Of a DNA stretch of 64,000 nucleotides, positions 46,142 to 62,930 are shown one piece after another. The notes beneath the pieces were generated by a model. That model was not told where the DNA came from. It saw only the letters and a program-made list of their open reading frames with translations, and did no database searches. The DNA comes from the human T2T-CHM13v2.0 reference genome, Homo sapiens. Position 1 is the stretch's first letter. Each line of letters starts with the position of its first letter. The translations under genes were made by a program, and so were the position numbers. The DNA is taken from assembly GCF_009914755.1 (NCBI RefSeq), contig NC_060927.1; one strand, given 5' to 3'.

Positions 46142-47146
46142 TCAATACGTCCTTTGGGAAGGATTAGCCAGCCGGTTCAGCCACACCAACCCTGTTGATC
46201 AGCAAGACAGCAGATCAAAGACAGACCACTCAGTCCTAGATTGGTTCACAGTCTACATGCTTCACATCATGTTTTGCTAAGAAATTTGAAATCTACATGC
46301 CTTCTAGGTGCAGTTCAGAATAATTTCCAAAATAAGGATTTTAAATGGCAAATGGCATAAATACCCGACAACAGAATGAGTATTTAAATAAATTATAAGG
46401 AATTTGGTATTTTTAAGTAAATATATAAATGGAATATAGTTACTTTAAAATGCACAAACAGAATATAAATGGAAACATATATTAAGTAAAAAAGAAAGTA
46501 TTCTGCCCATCACAAATGTAATAAATGAATAATATTTACACAAATTGACAAAGATGAGAAAATGTTGCTAATACTTCCCAAAGGACATATTGATTAGGTT
46601 ATTGTTTTTTTTCTCCCAGAAAAGGTGACTCTGGAATAAATTTTAAAGCTGTCTAGAGATAAGCCTGTATCTAGATTTCAGAGATGTCAGCAATCTGACC
46701 CTGGCAGGGTTACAAGAAATTAGTTTTCTAGAACTATCAACATGAACAGGAATACTGAAAGGAGTTACTGTGCCAAATTTTATCCTATAAAATCCTATGA
46801 CATTTTGCCATAATGTCATTTAATAGAAGATAACTATTATCAGTGTGGAATAAATGTCAAAACAAGTATCAAAGAAATGATAGAAGCCTCATTTTCCTAA
46901 ATTCTTAATTCCACTTAGTCCTTTTCCTGATTCCATCTGCTGGTGACAGGTAAGCATATAATTCTTGATCTTGTTTTACAAATTTGGTGGTGGGTGGGAC
47001 AGGAAAGTTGGAAGAAAGAAGCCTGGAAGACTAAAAATCACAGGTAATCCAAAATGCATACTATATTTAATCAGTAACTTTGCCCCTTTTCTCTAACATT
47101 CAAGGAAGCCAAAAGAAAAAACTCCCATTTAAAAATGGCTGTATGG

Positions 47147-47315
47147 TAGGTGTGGTGGTGTACACCTGTAGTTCCAGCTACTTAGGAGGCCGATGCAGGA
47201 GGATCACTTGAGCCCAGGAGTTCAAGGTTGCATTGAGCTATGATGCCACCTGTGCACTCCAGCCTGGGCAACAAAGTGAGACCTTGCCTCTAAAAAAAAA
47301 TAATAATAAAAATAA
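47147..47315 (+). mobile_element. Free right Alu monomer (FRAM/AluJ-like)
   Basis: Single monomer with A tail; TSD-like tggct[g/t]tatgg. Confidence 0.8.
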
Positions 47316-47447
47316 ATTGGCTTTATGGAATTATTAAAACATTATATAGACATTGTAGGAAATTTGGAAAATACAGAAGGCATGAGGAAGAAAAAATAAA
47401 ACTCACCTACAATTTCATTAATCCAGAGAAAATCATGAACATTTTAG

Positions 47448-47736
<289 letters not shown>

Positions 47737-50476
47737 AGGATGTTTATTTCATACATATATTTAATGAAATATTTTCTTCCATATCCTGTAGATTCTGTGG
47801 TCTGAAAACTCTTCACGCACAGATTCAATGAAAGGCACTCTAGGGTGGCAGGGGTAGGTGACACTACCAAGGGGTCTTTCTTCAGGTCCTTGAGTCCATC
47901 ATGAAAGAGTAGTCTAGTCAGCCTTTGTTGGAAAAGAAAACAGATGCTGAAGTTCTCCAGAACAAAGCTTAGAAGTCTAAATTGTAAACTCTTCCTATAG
48001 GGTACAGGGCAGAGCAAACAAGTCCCTGAAGGTCCAGGAAAGGACTCAGAACTCGGCATGTGCCTGTGAAAGAAGTGGTGGGGGACCAAGTGCAGAGCCG
48101 GGAGCACTGCCAGGCAGGGGCACTGCCTCGAGAAAGATACCGTGAGGGCAAGAGCCCAGGCAGGGGGAGCAGATCAGGATGGAGCTGCAAGTCAGCAGGT
48201 ACACAGCACCATAGGCAACGGAGGCCAGGCCACATCGTAGGAGGACCATCAGGCTAGAAGAGACTAAGACTCTCCCTCTGCAAGGTTCTTTCCTCTCTCC
48301 TTGGGGTTAGGGATCATGAGGATGACTGGACTATGCACCAAAAATAAAGAGGATACTTCTTCCTTGTAACCTGAGTTGTATGGTGTATACATTTGCAACT
48401 CTTTTACTAAACCTGCCACATTTATATACTACTTTGATGTCCACTACAATCATGACACACATTTTTATTCTTTTTTTTTTGCTTAATATATTACAAATAC
48501 TTTACCATAACATTAATTTTTAAGAACATGATTTTAAAGATGATCTGGTATCCCACCATATGAATATTCCTTACTTTAGCTAACTGGAAGTCAGTGAGAT
48601 AAAACTGTAAGCAAAACAATTACCAAAATAAAAATTAGACATGACCGATAAACACATGACATGCTTCAATCTCACAAGTAATTACAGAAATGTACATTGT
48701 AAGAATAATTAGATGCTTTCTTGTCTGCTTAGCAAGTTGGCAAAAATGTTTAAATATGGTAATACTCTGTTGGCAGGAGTTCAGGAAAACAAGCAGTCAA
48801 ATACACTGCCAGCCAAGGGTGTAAATTAGGATGACTTTTCTCCAGGCCATTTGGCAATATGTTCCCCAAACCTTTAAAAGACCATTTGTGTGTGGCAGAA
48901 CCCATGAACCCCTGAGTATGCGCTCAAGAAGAAATGTGTCCTCAATCATCCTCTGAATAATTAAGACCTGATTTACATTTCACATATATAAAATTCTTCT
49001 GTCTCTGAATCACAGCTGTTCGCATACACCATCTGCTAATTAAAAAATACTGACGGGGGAAAAAGATGAAGGGCAAAAGATTAAGAGGCCATCTGATAGA
49101 TCTTGGGGGCATTCTTGCCAACTGCAGGTGGGGCTGCCACTGAGATGCTTATGGCGCCTTGAAGTTTCTCGGAACTGGAGCCAATCCTTGAGGTCTGACC
49201 GCAAAGCCTGAATTATAAAATTTGAGAGCTTCAACCACCCACTGACACCTGGTGACCCTGATAATAAACACCACACTCTGATCCACTGGCAGCAATCTAC
49301 ACAACACTCTTGCCTGGATAAGAGGTTAACATCATTGGAATCAGATCACCTGGGCTGCACATAAAGATCTACTGCATATGTGTCGGAAAGCCAGATGGTA
49401 CAGAAGACACAGCTATGCTTGTTGGAACTCATTTTAATGTTCTCCCCCAAATGTAAGCCATATGCTAGAGGATTCCCTGGCTGGCTGGCATGAAGAACTG
49501 GGCACTTGAGACTCATCAACAACTTAACAAATGCAAAAGAAGGGAAGGATGGAGAAGGTTTGATTCTGGTCCACTTGAATCATGAACATAAATGTCATGG
49601 AAAAAAAAATACCTGTGTGACCTTTTTACAAAACAAAACATTTTTTGTTTTAAAATAGAAGTGTCATTTTAAACACTGGAACAGCCTGTTTTTCTCAAGA
49701 TTTGGCTCTTATGCTAGGTGAAAAATCTTGTCGTTTAAAAACCATAATGCATCTTTCAAACCTCAGAAAATGGGAGTATATGCACAGTGGCTTTTAGAGG
49801 AAGAATTAATGTGAAGGGCACATTCCCAGGCTAAAAACTCCCATTTTGTAAAAGCAAATTGGCCACAGTATTTAGAACGTAACTGAAAGGAGTTGAAGTC
49901 TGTGGACAGAGTTATAAAGAAAGACTAGCATGAAATGGAAATCAGCGTGCATTTCCCCTGAGGTTCTGACATTTTCTGATAGCCTTGCATCATTTTTATA
50001 AGCATTCACAGCAGGATCAATTCAGTCTTATGCCCCAGAGGTAGTTCACTATAACTATATTCTAATATGTGTTTATCTTAAAACCATAGCCCCAGTGAAA
50101 ACTTGAGTTCTTACTGGCTCATGTAAGACAGCACACTAGTGACTTAAAGAGGTTTTTGTTTTTTTTTTCCACAAAGCTTTACTAAGCTGTGTACGGCCAA
50201 AGTAAGTTAAAATCCATGAAAATCATATCTTTATGCCCTAAAAAGCTAGTAACCACCAAGTGAGAAAAATAGACCACTAGGTAAGTAACTAATTATGATC
50301 TTAAAAACATACAGTGCTTAAAATGAAAAATTGGGTTTCAAAGACTACATTTACAAAGAGCAAAAAAAAAAAAAATAAGAAACAGATTACTCCAATTCAA
50401 TCAATTTTCTGAGCCAAACAATCTGCAAAACAGTGGATATAGGTGCTGTGAGGGATTTTGAAACGAGCAAGACAAA

Positions 50477-50752
50477 GCTGGATGCGGTGGTTCACACCTG
50501 TAGTCCCAACACTTTGGGAGGCCGAGGTGGGAGGATCACTTGAGCCCAGGAGTTTGAGGCTAGCCTGGGCAACATAGCAAGACAAAAAAAATTAGCCAGG
50601 TGTGGTGGCGCACATCTGCGGTCCCAGCTACTCGTGACACTGAGCTTAGTAAATCACTCGAGCTCACGCAATTGAGGCTGCGGTGAGCTGTAATCACACC
50701 ACTGCACTCCAGCCTGGGCAACAGAGACCCTGTCTCCAAAAAAAAAAAAATG
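50477..50752 (+). mobile_element. AluJ
   Basis: cttgagcccagg; TSD aaa[c/t]gagcaag. Confidence 0.87.
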
Positions 50753-51065
50753 ATAAAAATGAGCAAGTCGTAATAATCTGGCAAGTCAAAGAACATTCCT
50801 TGAGCTTTCAAGCAATCAGACATTACGTGTAACTTTCAAAAACATTCAGGAAGAGAAAAATAATTATCGAGTTGTAAAAAAGCTTTTCCAAGTTTTCAAA
50901 GTTGAGGGCAGCTCTCAAACACCCCATTTTAAACAGGTTGCAAAATGGTTCCCCCTCTCCCACTCTCAACATTGGCGACAATTAAAAGGCTCCTAGTTAC
51001 CTAAAAATGACAAACCATAGCAGCGTTTCTGTTTTGTTGCAGCGGGGCGGAGGGGGGTGGTGGTT

Positions 51066-51247
51066 AAAATTCTCAGTTATCCAGACACACTGGGTGGGTG
51101 ATTGGTGTATGAGGGTGTGTGCTGGGGTGTGTATGTTTTACGCTGTCAGCTATCCAGACACACTGTGTGTGTGTGGTGTGTGTGTGACAGTTGGTGTTGT
51201 GGGGGTGTGCAGGGGTGTGTGTGTTTTACACTCTCAGCTATCCAGAC

Positions 51248-51295
<48 letters not shown>

Positions 51296-51370
51296 TTCTC
51301 AGTTATCCAGACACACTGGGTGGGTGAGTTGGTGTGTGGGGGTGCGTTTTGCACTCTCAGCTATCTAGGC

Positions 51371-51412
<42 letters not shown>

Positions 51413-51440
51413 GTAGATGCTCAGCTATCCAGACATACTG
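51066..51440. repeat. Complex minisatellite: six 17-bp cores separated by GT-rich spacers, including (GT)19 and (TG)18
   Basis: tcagYtatccagacaca-like cores at 51073, 51146, 51234, 51299, 51357 and 51421. Confidence 0.92.
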
Positions 51441-52649
51441 GATGTTTCTGGAAGTACCAGGGTCTGACTTGGCCCTGAGGATGCACATCATTTGGATATC
51501 CTGGAAGCTAAGCATGAAACAAGTTTTCATCTCCCTTTATTGTAGTCTCAAAGGTAACAGAAAAAATATCTATTAATTTAGCCCATTTCCCCAGTTCCAC
51601 TATTTCCCACAGCCTTTTATATTCACGAACCAACCAAAGAGGGCAGAAATATTTTTCTAATTCTTTCTGTCTCTTTCATATCCTGCCTCCTTCTCCTGAT
51701 GGCACTGACACCTCCTGTGAACTCCCAGCCAGACTGGGAAAGCGCGCCTGTCATTTTCTTTCTGCCTAAAATAGCTGCAAGAGCAAAAGCAGTCAGCCAC
51801 TGCAGCTTCCCTCAACTCTGTTGAAGTTTTCAGGACCACAATCAAGCACCCGTTTGTATGACCTCCTAGCATAAATAATTTATGCTGAAAATTAAAACAT
51901 ATGGAGGGCTTTTAAAAATCTAAATTTAGATAAAATTTAATTAGCAGTAAGTGTCTGATAATGTAACCACTCACTGCTTATTTACCAGGCTGATGGCCTT
52001 CAATGCTGTGTAGGTTTAAGGAGGATGGAAATTATGCTAAGAAATCCAAAACTAAGCACAAAATACACATTCACCTTCTTGAAACAAGATGAGCTCAACA
52101 AATGTGACTGTTCTCTCTCAAGGTCTTAAAAAGCACCTCTGGTTTACAAAATAACATGGAATTAGGAAGACTCTCTAAGTTTTCCAAGTGAAAAAGCAAC
52201 TGTAATTAAATTTGGACTCATGAGAAACAATAGTGTGAATTTTTTAAAAACTAGAATTTAAAAAGTGGTTTTTTGACTATAGAGAGTTTAGATATACAGT
52301 TGGCCCTTCTTATCTGTGAACTCCACATCTATAGGTTCAAACAACCTCAGATGAAAAATATTTGAAGAAAAACAGTAAAAAACAACAAATGACAATTAAA
52401 ATACAGAATAACAACTCTTCACATGTCATTGACATTGTATTAGGCTTTAGAAGTAATCTAGAGATGAGAGTAGCAGCCATGTTGGTTGGTGTCGAGTGTC
52501 TTTGTGGTTTGAGAGGCCCCAGGGCGCTGGGTTGGCACAGTGGTGGCTGAACTCAGAAGGTGGAGGGGACTTGCCCCTGCTGCACAGAAGCAGGTCTTCA
52601 GCCTCGTGATGGCACCTGCAGCTCCCGACCCCACTTTCCCCACATAGTT

Positions 52650-52955
<306 letters not shown>

Positions 52956-52971
52956 TTCCTCACATAGTTGA

Positions 52972-54068
<1,097 letters not shown>

Positions 54069-54071
54069 TGA

Positions 54072-54191
<120 letters not shown>

Positions 54192-54194
54192 TGA

Positions 54195-54506
<312 letters not shown>

Positions 54507-55066
54507 TAAAAGCCTTATGAGCACACTGAATGTGGGAAATCCTTTGCTGAAAGCTCCAGTCTCAAGAAACACATGAGTTCATCCTGGAGATCAGTGCAAG
54601 GAATGTGGTAAAAATTAGCTGAAGCCATTCTCTCCTTCAGCATCGAAGAACTCACAGTAGAAAGGCCTTATGAGTGCAAGGAATGTGGGAAGTCCTTTGC
54701 TGTAACTCCAGTCTCATTTGACACAGGAGAGTTCACACTGGAGAAAGGCTTTAAGAGTACAGCAAATGTGGAAAGATATTTACCTGAAATACTGCTGTTA
54801 GAAAATCAGATGGTTCTCCTATAGAAAATCCCTATTAGTGAAATAAATTTTAGAAATTCCTTGCCCCGCCCCCCCAAAAAAGGTAATCTAGAGATGATTT
54901 AGAGCATACAGGAGGATGTACATAGGTTATGTGCCAGTACTATGCCATTTTATGTAAGGGACTTGAGCATCCATGGATTTTGGTATCTGAAGTGGGTCCT
55001 AGAACCAATCCCCTGTGGATACCAAGGGACAATTGAATATATATTTTGCCCCTTTCCTCTATAAGT

Positions 55067-55242
55067 CAGGATTCTCAACATCAACTCTACTGACATTTTA
55101 GGTCAGATAACTTGGTGGTTGTGGGGGTGGAGGGTCCTGTGTGTTTCAGGCTATTTTAGCAGCATCCACGGCCTCTACCACTAGAAGTCAATTAGCAGAT
55201 GTCTTCAGACATTATCAAATGCCCTGGATTTGACAACCACTG
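55067..55242 (+). mobile_element. MER20 (hAT-Charlie)
   Basis: tgacattttaggtcagataa...ttagcagcatcc.ggcctctacc...cagacatt.tcaaatg...aaccactg. Confidence 0.75.
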
Positions 55243-55453
55243 CTCTAAGTGATTTCTTACAGTAGATTACTCTCCTGGTATAGGTACACACCCAATGAGG
55301 GCTTTTACCTTAGGCTTCCCCACACAGGAAGTGTCAACTTCATTCAGGATCTTTCAAGCAGTAATAGACACCTTTCCTCCCCTCTCCTCACTTCTCTCTA
55401 CCCCAAACATTTTCTCCCATTCTCATACAGGTTCCTTCAAGAGAGACTGATGA

Positions 55454-55792
<339 letters not shown>

Positions 55793-56542
55793 ACAAATGA
55801 TTTAAGGGCCAGGAGGAAACTCAAGTTGAGTATTCAAAAAGAAAGGTAAGAAAAAAGAAAAGAAAAGAAAGGTAAGATACTAAACTAATTCTTGGCTCTT
55901 AGATGGAATCTCCCACCTTTGCTCTGTGATGTTTTACAGTCACTGATTCCAATGATCATCATCCTAGTATCATGGTGAAGCAATGGCGGCAAGGCAGGAG
56001 ACCCAATGCAATCGCCTCATGCAAACCGTTTAACCTCCCTGAGCCTAAGGGCCCAGGAGAGAAAAATGAAGCTGAATCAGGTGATCTCAGAGGATATTTC
56101 CATCTCTCCAAACTACAATTTCTGTGAACCCTGCAAAAGGTCGCAGCTATTTTTCCACATAAAAGAGGGTACATTAAAATACACACACAGTTTTTTTATA
56201 TGTACCATGATATAAGTCACAGTCACTTTTTGCCATGTCCACAATACAACGTACCAGAAAGATCAACTGGGTTTGAGTCTTGACGATGCCAATGACTCTC
56301 TGTGTGACCTCACACATGTTGTTGAGCATACAAGCCTTCACCTATAAAAATGGGGATGGGGGGGTGAATGTTAGATAAAATAGCTATGGTTCTTTCTAGC
56401 ACTCTCAACCTGGAACCCACTACATTTACAGTCCCTGTTGTTAACTGAAACAATAATAATTATTTTTATATATATCGTTCCAAACTCTGGGTCCGGGCAT
56501 AAGGAGCTATCTGCAAGGCTGTCTTAATATATTTTTCTACTA

Positions 56543-57165
<623 letters not shown>

Positions 57166-57340
57166 CAACATAATCTACCTTCCCCTGCCTTTTGCCTAAT
57201 GCCATACTTAGTGCCAACTAAGTAAACTGTTAAAGAAACCCCACCTAGGTCCTGTTTTATTTCATGGTGGAAAACAGGCTTCTTCAAGTCCTGTATACAA
57301 AGAGCTTGTATCTGAATTGCAGAAAACTGTCACCCTAAAG

Positions 57341-57593
57341 CAGCAATCCCCAATCTTTTTGGCACCAGTGACCAGTTTTGTGGAAGACAATTAAGGAGCA
57401 TGCAACCTAGATCCCTCGCAGGCGCAGTTCATAATAGGGTTTGAACTCCTATGAGAATCTAATGCTGCTGATCTGACAGGCGGTGGAGCTCAGGCAGTAC
57501 TGCTGATTCACCGCTCACCTCCTGCTATGCCGCCCAGTTCCTAACAGTCCATGGGTTAGTACAGGTCCACCACCTGGGGATTGGGAATCCCTA
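57341..57593 (+). mobile_element. MER1B (hAT-Charlie) with an internal deletion
   Basis: ccccaatctttttggcacca...gcaacctagatccctcgc...ctcctatgagaatctaatgc...ggggattggg. Confidence 0.82.
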
Positions 57594-57764
57594 CCTCAAG
57601 GTATACATATGTCAGCAGGTCTTTTACACATAAGACCCTTCCAGAACTATAACTCAGGTGATTCTTCTTGTGGGGTATGTCTGCCAAGCATTTTCCCTCT
57701 CTGGGTCTTATTTTCAGATATGCCAAGACCAAACAGAGTAATCAAGCATAGTCACAGTTAAGAG

Positions 57765-57874
57765 TAGCGTGATGGTACAGGCTTGTCACCCCAGCTACTT
57801 GAGAAGCCAGGGCGAGAGGATCACATGAGGCCAGGAGTTCAAGACCAGACTGAGCAACATAGCAAGACCCCTAT

Positions 57875-57909
<35 letters not shown>
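57765..57909 (+). mobile_element. FLAM (free left Alu monomer)
   Basis: Single monomer with poly(A). Confidence 0.78.
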
Positions 57910-57912
<3 letters not shown>

Positions 57913-57929
57913 AAGAAAGAAAGAACAAG

Positions 57930-58135
57930 AATATCAGCTTAGAAGTCAATCAGCTGGTTTGAATATCAGCTCCACATTATCTACCTGACTTTGGGCAAGT
58001 TATTTAACCTCTCTTAGCCTCTAGTGCCTCGTTTGTAAAATAATTATTGTAATAGGGCATAGCTCATGGAGGTGTTGGTGAAGATGAATTAGTCACAGTC
58101 CCTGGTACATTATAAGCACTCAAGAAATGATAGCT
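57930..58135 (+). mobile_element. MIR
   Basis: tgactttgggcaagttatttaacctctc core. Confidence 0.75.
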
Positions 58136-58316
58136 GAAAACATTTATTAACCTCCTTTAACAAATAAGAAAATGAAGCCTCAAGGAACTTAACCTATTTG
58201 CTTCAAATCACAAAAATCGTAAGCAGCAGTACCAGAAACTTACAAGCAAACAGTGCTTTTTAAGTAATTATGGTAAGTAATTACTAACATGAGATCAACC
58301 CTCTTAACAAATTTTC

Positions 58317-58510
58317 CAATTCTTCTGCCTCAGCCTCCTGAGCTGGGACTACAGGCGCCCACCACCATACCCGGCTAATTTTTGTATTTTCAGTAGAGAT
58401 GGTATTTCACCAATATTGGCCAGGCTGGTCTCGAACTCCTGACCTCATGATCCGCCCACCTTGGCCTCCCAGAGTGCTGGGATTACAGGCATGAGCCACC
58501 ACGCCCGGCC
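58317..58510 (-). mobile_element. Alu lacking its 3' ~100 nt and tail
   Basis: Begins abruptly at caattcttctgcctcagcc. Confidence 0.85.
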
Positions 58511-60318
58511 CCAAAGTGCATTTTTAAATAACCTCTGCCTGGGTTGTATTTGGGTCAAAGGTTCTGTTTAGTGAAAGGTAAAAAGGCAGGAAGTTTTGGG
58601 CAGAAAATGGTCTTAGCAATGGTCCAACTTCTCACATTAACTTGAATCACATTGATGAAGTGGCCTAGTTGTTGTGCCTTCTCTTGTATAAGCCACAGAT
58701 GTTTCTAAAATGGAATGTCTTCCCACCTCCTCCGCTGTCCTTTCCATATTGAGATCTCAATATTATTTCAAGTCAGTAAATGAGCATGATGGTGGTTCAT
58801 GACAAGGAAGCCGCATTTCACTTCATTATCTGTGATCACACCCAAACAGAACTGAAAACCATCTCTGGGAGAACAGAGAAAAAGTACTAATGATAATTCT
58901 CGGCAAGCAGTTGGGCCCAGCACAAACACCAGCCTGGCCCTGGCATGATGGGCCATCAAACATGGCAGGCGTTCCCACCCCTCCTGGGCATGCTAATAAG
59001 AACGTAAACCTTTGGGTCGCCAACTAAGGCTAAACACTCAACCTAAGGAGCATTTCCTTTCCCATTATCAAAACCACACTCTCTCACTGAAAGCAAATGA
59101 GTAGGCAAAATGCTTATACGAATAAACAATCACCATGAAACTACCCAAGGCTACAGCAAGGAAAGACTTTTAATGAACCACATGGGTGGGTCAAGTTAAA
59201 ATAGCCAAACCATGAAATTCAATATGCTATAAAAACTTATGGTACATACTTAAATTTTATTTTGAAAAGAAAACCATGCTGACAACAGCTAAGGAGACAC
59301 AGAAATTATATAAGTCTATCAGAAGAAAAATGTCATCAGAATAATGCAGTTTTTCATGCCTTTTGGCTTGCTCTAGGAGGTTTTTCTGAAGTAAGCCTAA
59401 AATAGGGACTGTGTTTCAGGTTTTATTAATCTTCCTAGATTTTAATTCAGCTACAAAATAATCCTTTACGATCCCCTTGACCAAAAAAAGTTAACCTTTT
59501 AAGTGGTCTTTTTTTTTTAATACATAAAGATAAGGCTACTGACATCACCATAGGTTCTCCAACAGAGGGACGGGGAGACTTAGGATCCAGCCACCTGGAC
59601 TAGGATTCAGCCACCTGGACTTGCTCACAAGTCCCTGGATACTGAATGTCAGGTACAAGAACCAACAACTTTTCAGGAGCATGGGATAAAGACTCTTTCT
59701 TTAGGCAGAAATAAACTGGGCCACACAGAACTGCATGGACATCTCCATGATATGGTGACATACTATTGTGGTCCCCAAGTCTTTGGAGTTGGGGAAGTTC
59801 CCTACAGAGACAGATAGCTACTGCCAACACCACACATGCGGAGGAAGGAATGACTAGACGGGAAAAGTCTCCCTTGGCTCAATCTGACAGAGTGGGTTAT
59901 AACCTCCTGTAACCCTTGCCCCAACAGCCCTAAGACTCTGGCTTCTCACCTGCCTGTTTACCAGGCACAAAACTAACTGCAGTGGCTTCTGAGCATTTAC
60001 TGTGAGTGTGGGTGAAACAGAGGCCAATTTCTGAGCAGAGGCCTCCCACAGCAGGCCCAGGCCCCTGAGGTCTATCCCTGCAGGAACCAAATCTCTAGCT
60101 GTGACCGTGTTCACACTGCAGACAAAAGATGTAGGTCCGTGTCCTGAAAGGTTACACTCCAGGAGCAAGCAGGACCTGTGTCCATTGCAAGGAAAGAAAG
60201 AAGCCACGAATGCCTTCAACAGTATGCTGTGCTAGGAGGTCTATATCAACTTCTTATGCCATGAGGTTATGGTCAGACTATCACCTCTCTGCTTATAAGA
60301 ACTAAGACCTGATTTCTT

Positions 60319-60683
60319 TCTTTTTTTGTTGTTTTTTTTTTTAAGATGGAGTTTTGCTCTTGTTGCCCAGGCTGAAGTGCAATGGCACGATCTCAGCTCA
60401 CCACAACCTCTGCCTCCAGGATTCAAGCAAATTCTCCTGCCTCAGCCTCCTGAGTAGCTGGGATTATAGGCATGTGCCACCATGCCCGGCTAATTTTGTA
60501 TTTTTAGTAGAGATGGGGTTTCTCCATATTGGTCAGGCTGGTCTCGAACTCCCGACCTCAGGTGATCCGTCCGCCTCGGCCTCCCAAAGTGCTGGGATTA
60601 CAGGCACGAGCCACTGCACCCAGTCCGCCCGCCTCGGCCTCCCAAAATGCTGGAATTACAGTCATGAGCCACTGCACCCGGCC
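60319..60683 (-). mobile_element. AluSp-like with a duplicated 5' head
   Basis: TSD taagaactaag..ct.atttctt (60296-60318, 60685-60707). Confidence 0.9.
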
Positions 60684-60753
60684 GTAAGAACTAAGCCCTT
60701 ATTTCTTAACAGGTAACAAGGGGCAGGGTTGAAGGTATGGAAAACATTTCTCA

Positions 60754-61075
<322 letters not shown>

Positions 61076-61974
61076 GAGAATTCTCTGGATTGTACCAAGA
61101 CAGTGGAAGACTCCTCTCTCTCTCCTGGTATTAATTCCCCTTCTTTTCAACAATTCCGGCCTGCCTCCAGCTCTTAGTAGGGCATTTTGTTGCCTAGCCT
61201 CACTTGCACTTAGAGGCGTGACCAAGCGGCCAAGTTCCTGCAAACGGTTCCTGAATAAAAGTGAAATCCATTAAAAACAAGAGTACATTCCTCTTTCTTC
61301 CTCTTTTCCCACTACTTGGAAAAAGGTGACAACTGGATAGCCAGGGTTGACCCAGGATGGAAGCTTGTGCCAGTGATCAAAGAGCCACCCAGTCAGCTCT
61401 AGTTGGTCACCTCTGGTCCATCTACAAGGGAATAACAAACTTGTATCTTATTTAGACAATGGTATTGGGTCCTTTTTTTTTTTTTTTTTTTTTTTACAGC
61501 ATCTAAGTCTGAGCTGAACTAATATACTGTTCTAGTCTACAAAGTGGCTTTTCTAAAATCACACATGATTCAGTGAGAATCCCCTGAATAATTTTTTGTG
61601 AATCAATGAGAACAGTGTGTAACATCGGCTCCACCCAGACGTGACCTTTTCAAAAGAAGAAGGCAACAAGAAAGTGGCTTCTGATGGTTCCACTTCCACA
61701 TGCCAAGCAAAGCTCTACCAGGCCAATGACTAGTTACAGCCCCCCTTCTCCCCAGAGAGGCGCTGGCCTGAGGTCAGCTGAAGAGGCTAAGGTCTTCTAG
61801 GGAGGAACAGTGATATCCAGCCTTCAGGGGCCAAGACTGCCAAGTCTATAGCACCGTGACAGAACAAAAGAGCACCTTCTCACATGCTTCAAAGCCCCTC
61901 TAAGTCCCTGGCAGAACCAGGGACGTTTATAACCATCTTCCTTCAAACCAAAAGTACCTCACATGTATGATGGG

Positions 61975-62790
61975 TATTTCAAAACATTTTACTTTAAAAT
62001 AATTTTGGACTTACAGAGATGTTGCAAAAATCATATGGCATTTTTGTATACCCTTTGCGCAACTTCCCCTAAGGTTAACATCTTACATAAAAGTAGTTAT
62101 TCAAATGAAGAAATTTATATGGACAAAATACAACTACCTCAATCTACAGACCTTGTTTTCAGTTTTCCCACTAATAGCTTTTTTTTCTGGTCCAAGATCC
62201 AAACCGGGATCCCATGTTGCATTTGACTATTATATCTCCTTTAATCTATCATACTTTTTAAAAGTCCAAGCCAGTTATTTTCAAAATGTCCCTAGTATTT
62301 CCTAGATTGGGGTCATGTGCACTTTTGGTAAGAATAACACAGAGGTGATGTTGTACCTTCTCAATGCATCATATTTGGTGGTACATGTTTTTATGTCTTT
62401 ATTACTGGTGGTATTAACCATGATCACTTGGTTGCGGTGGTGTCCACTAGTTTTCTCCTCTGTAAAATAACTGTTTTCTCTTTGTAAAAAAATAAGTATT
62501 CTACAGGGAGATACTTTGAGACTATTCACATATCCTGTTTTTCATCATAGTTTCACCTAACATTAGTGTACATCAATGGTTCTGACCTGCAACAATCATT
62601 ACTATGATGTTTGCTCAATGGTGATCTTTCATTTCCCTCATTATTCTACATTTATTAGTTAGAAGTCTATTTTAAGGAAGAGCTTTTACTCACCCCACCC
62701 CATGTATTTGTTCATCCTATTATTTATATCAACACGAATCATGTATATTTATGTTATTCTAAGGGTTGAAATCCAATACTATCAACATCA
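61975..62790 (-). mobile_element. L1MC-type 3' region
   Basis: aaataattttggacttacagag..gttgcaaaa...gttaacatcttacataa...gagatactttgagactat. Confidence 0.75.
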
Positions 62791-62809
62791 CAGATTTTTA
62801 ATCCTGATA

Positions 62810-62930
62810 ATAATTCTGATATTATCTCCGTTTTACAGATTAGAAAAACGAGGCAAGGAGAGGTTAAAAAACCCTGCTTGAGGGCACTCAGCTAGTCAGT
62901 AGCAAAGATGCAAAAGCCAGTTCCACTGAC
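62810..62930 (-). mobile_element. MIR fragment
   Basis: ccgttttacagattagaaaaacgaggca...agaggttaa. Confidence 0.7.

Noticed and set aside
48046-48249. 67-aa ORF with a hydrophobic, signal-like N-terminus
   Set aside because: No recognisable homology or exon context; expected by chance in a GC-richer island.
51066-51440. CRISPR-like repeat/spacer appearance
   Set aside because: Spacers are low-complexity, related to each other and variable in length; there are no cas genes; the context is a primate intron. It is a minisatellite.
59581-59620. 20-bp tandem duplication taggat[c/t]cagccacctggac
   Set aside because: Ordinary slippage duplication with no supporting context.
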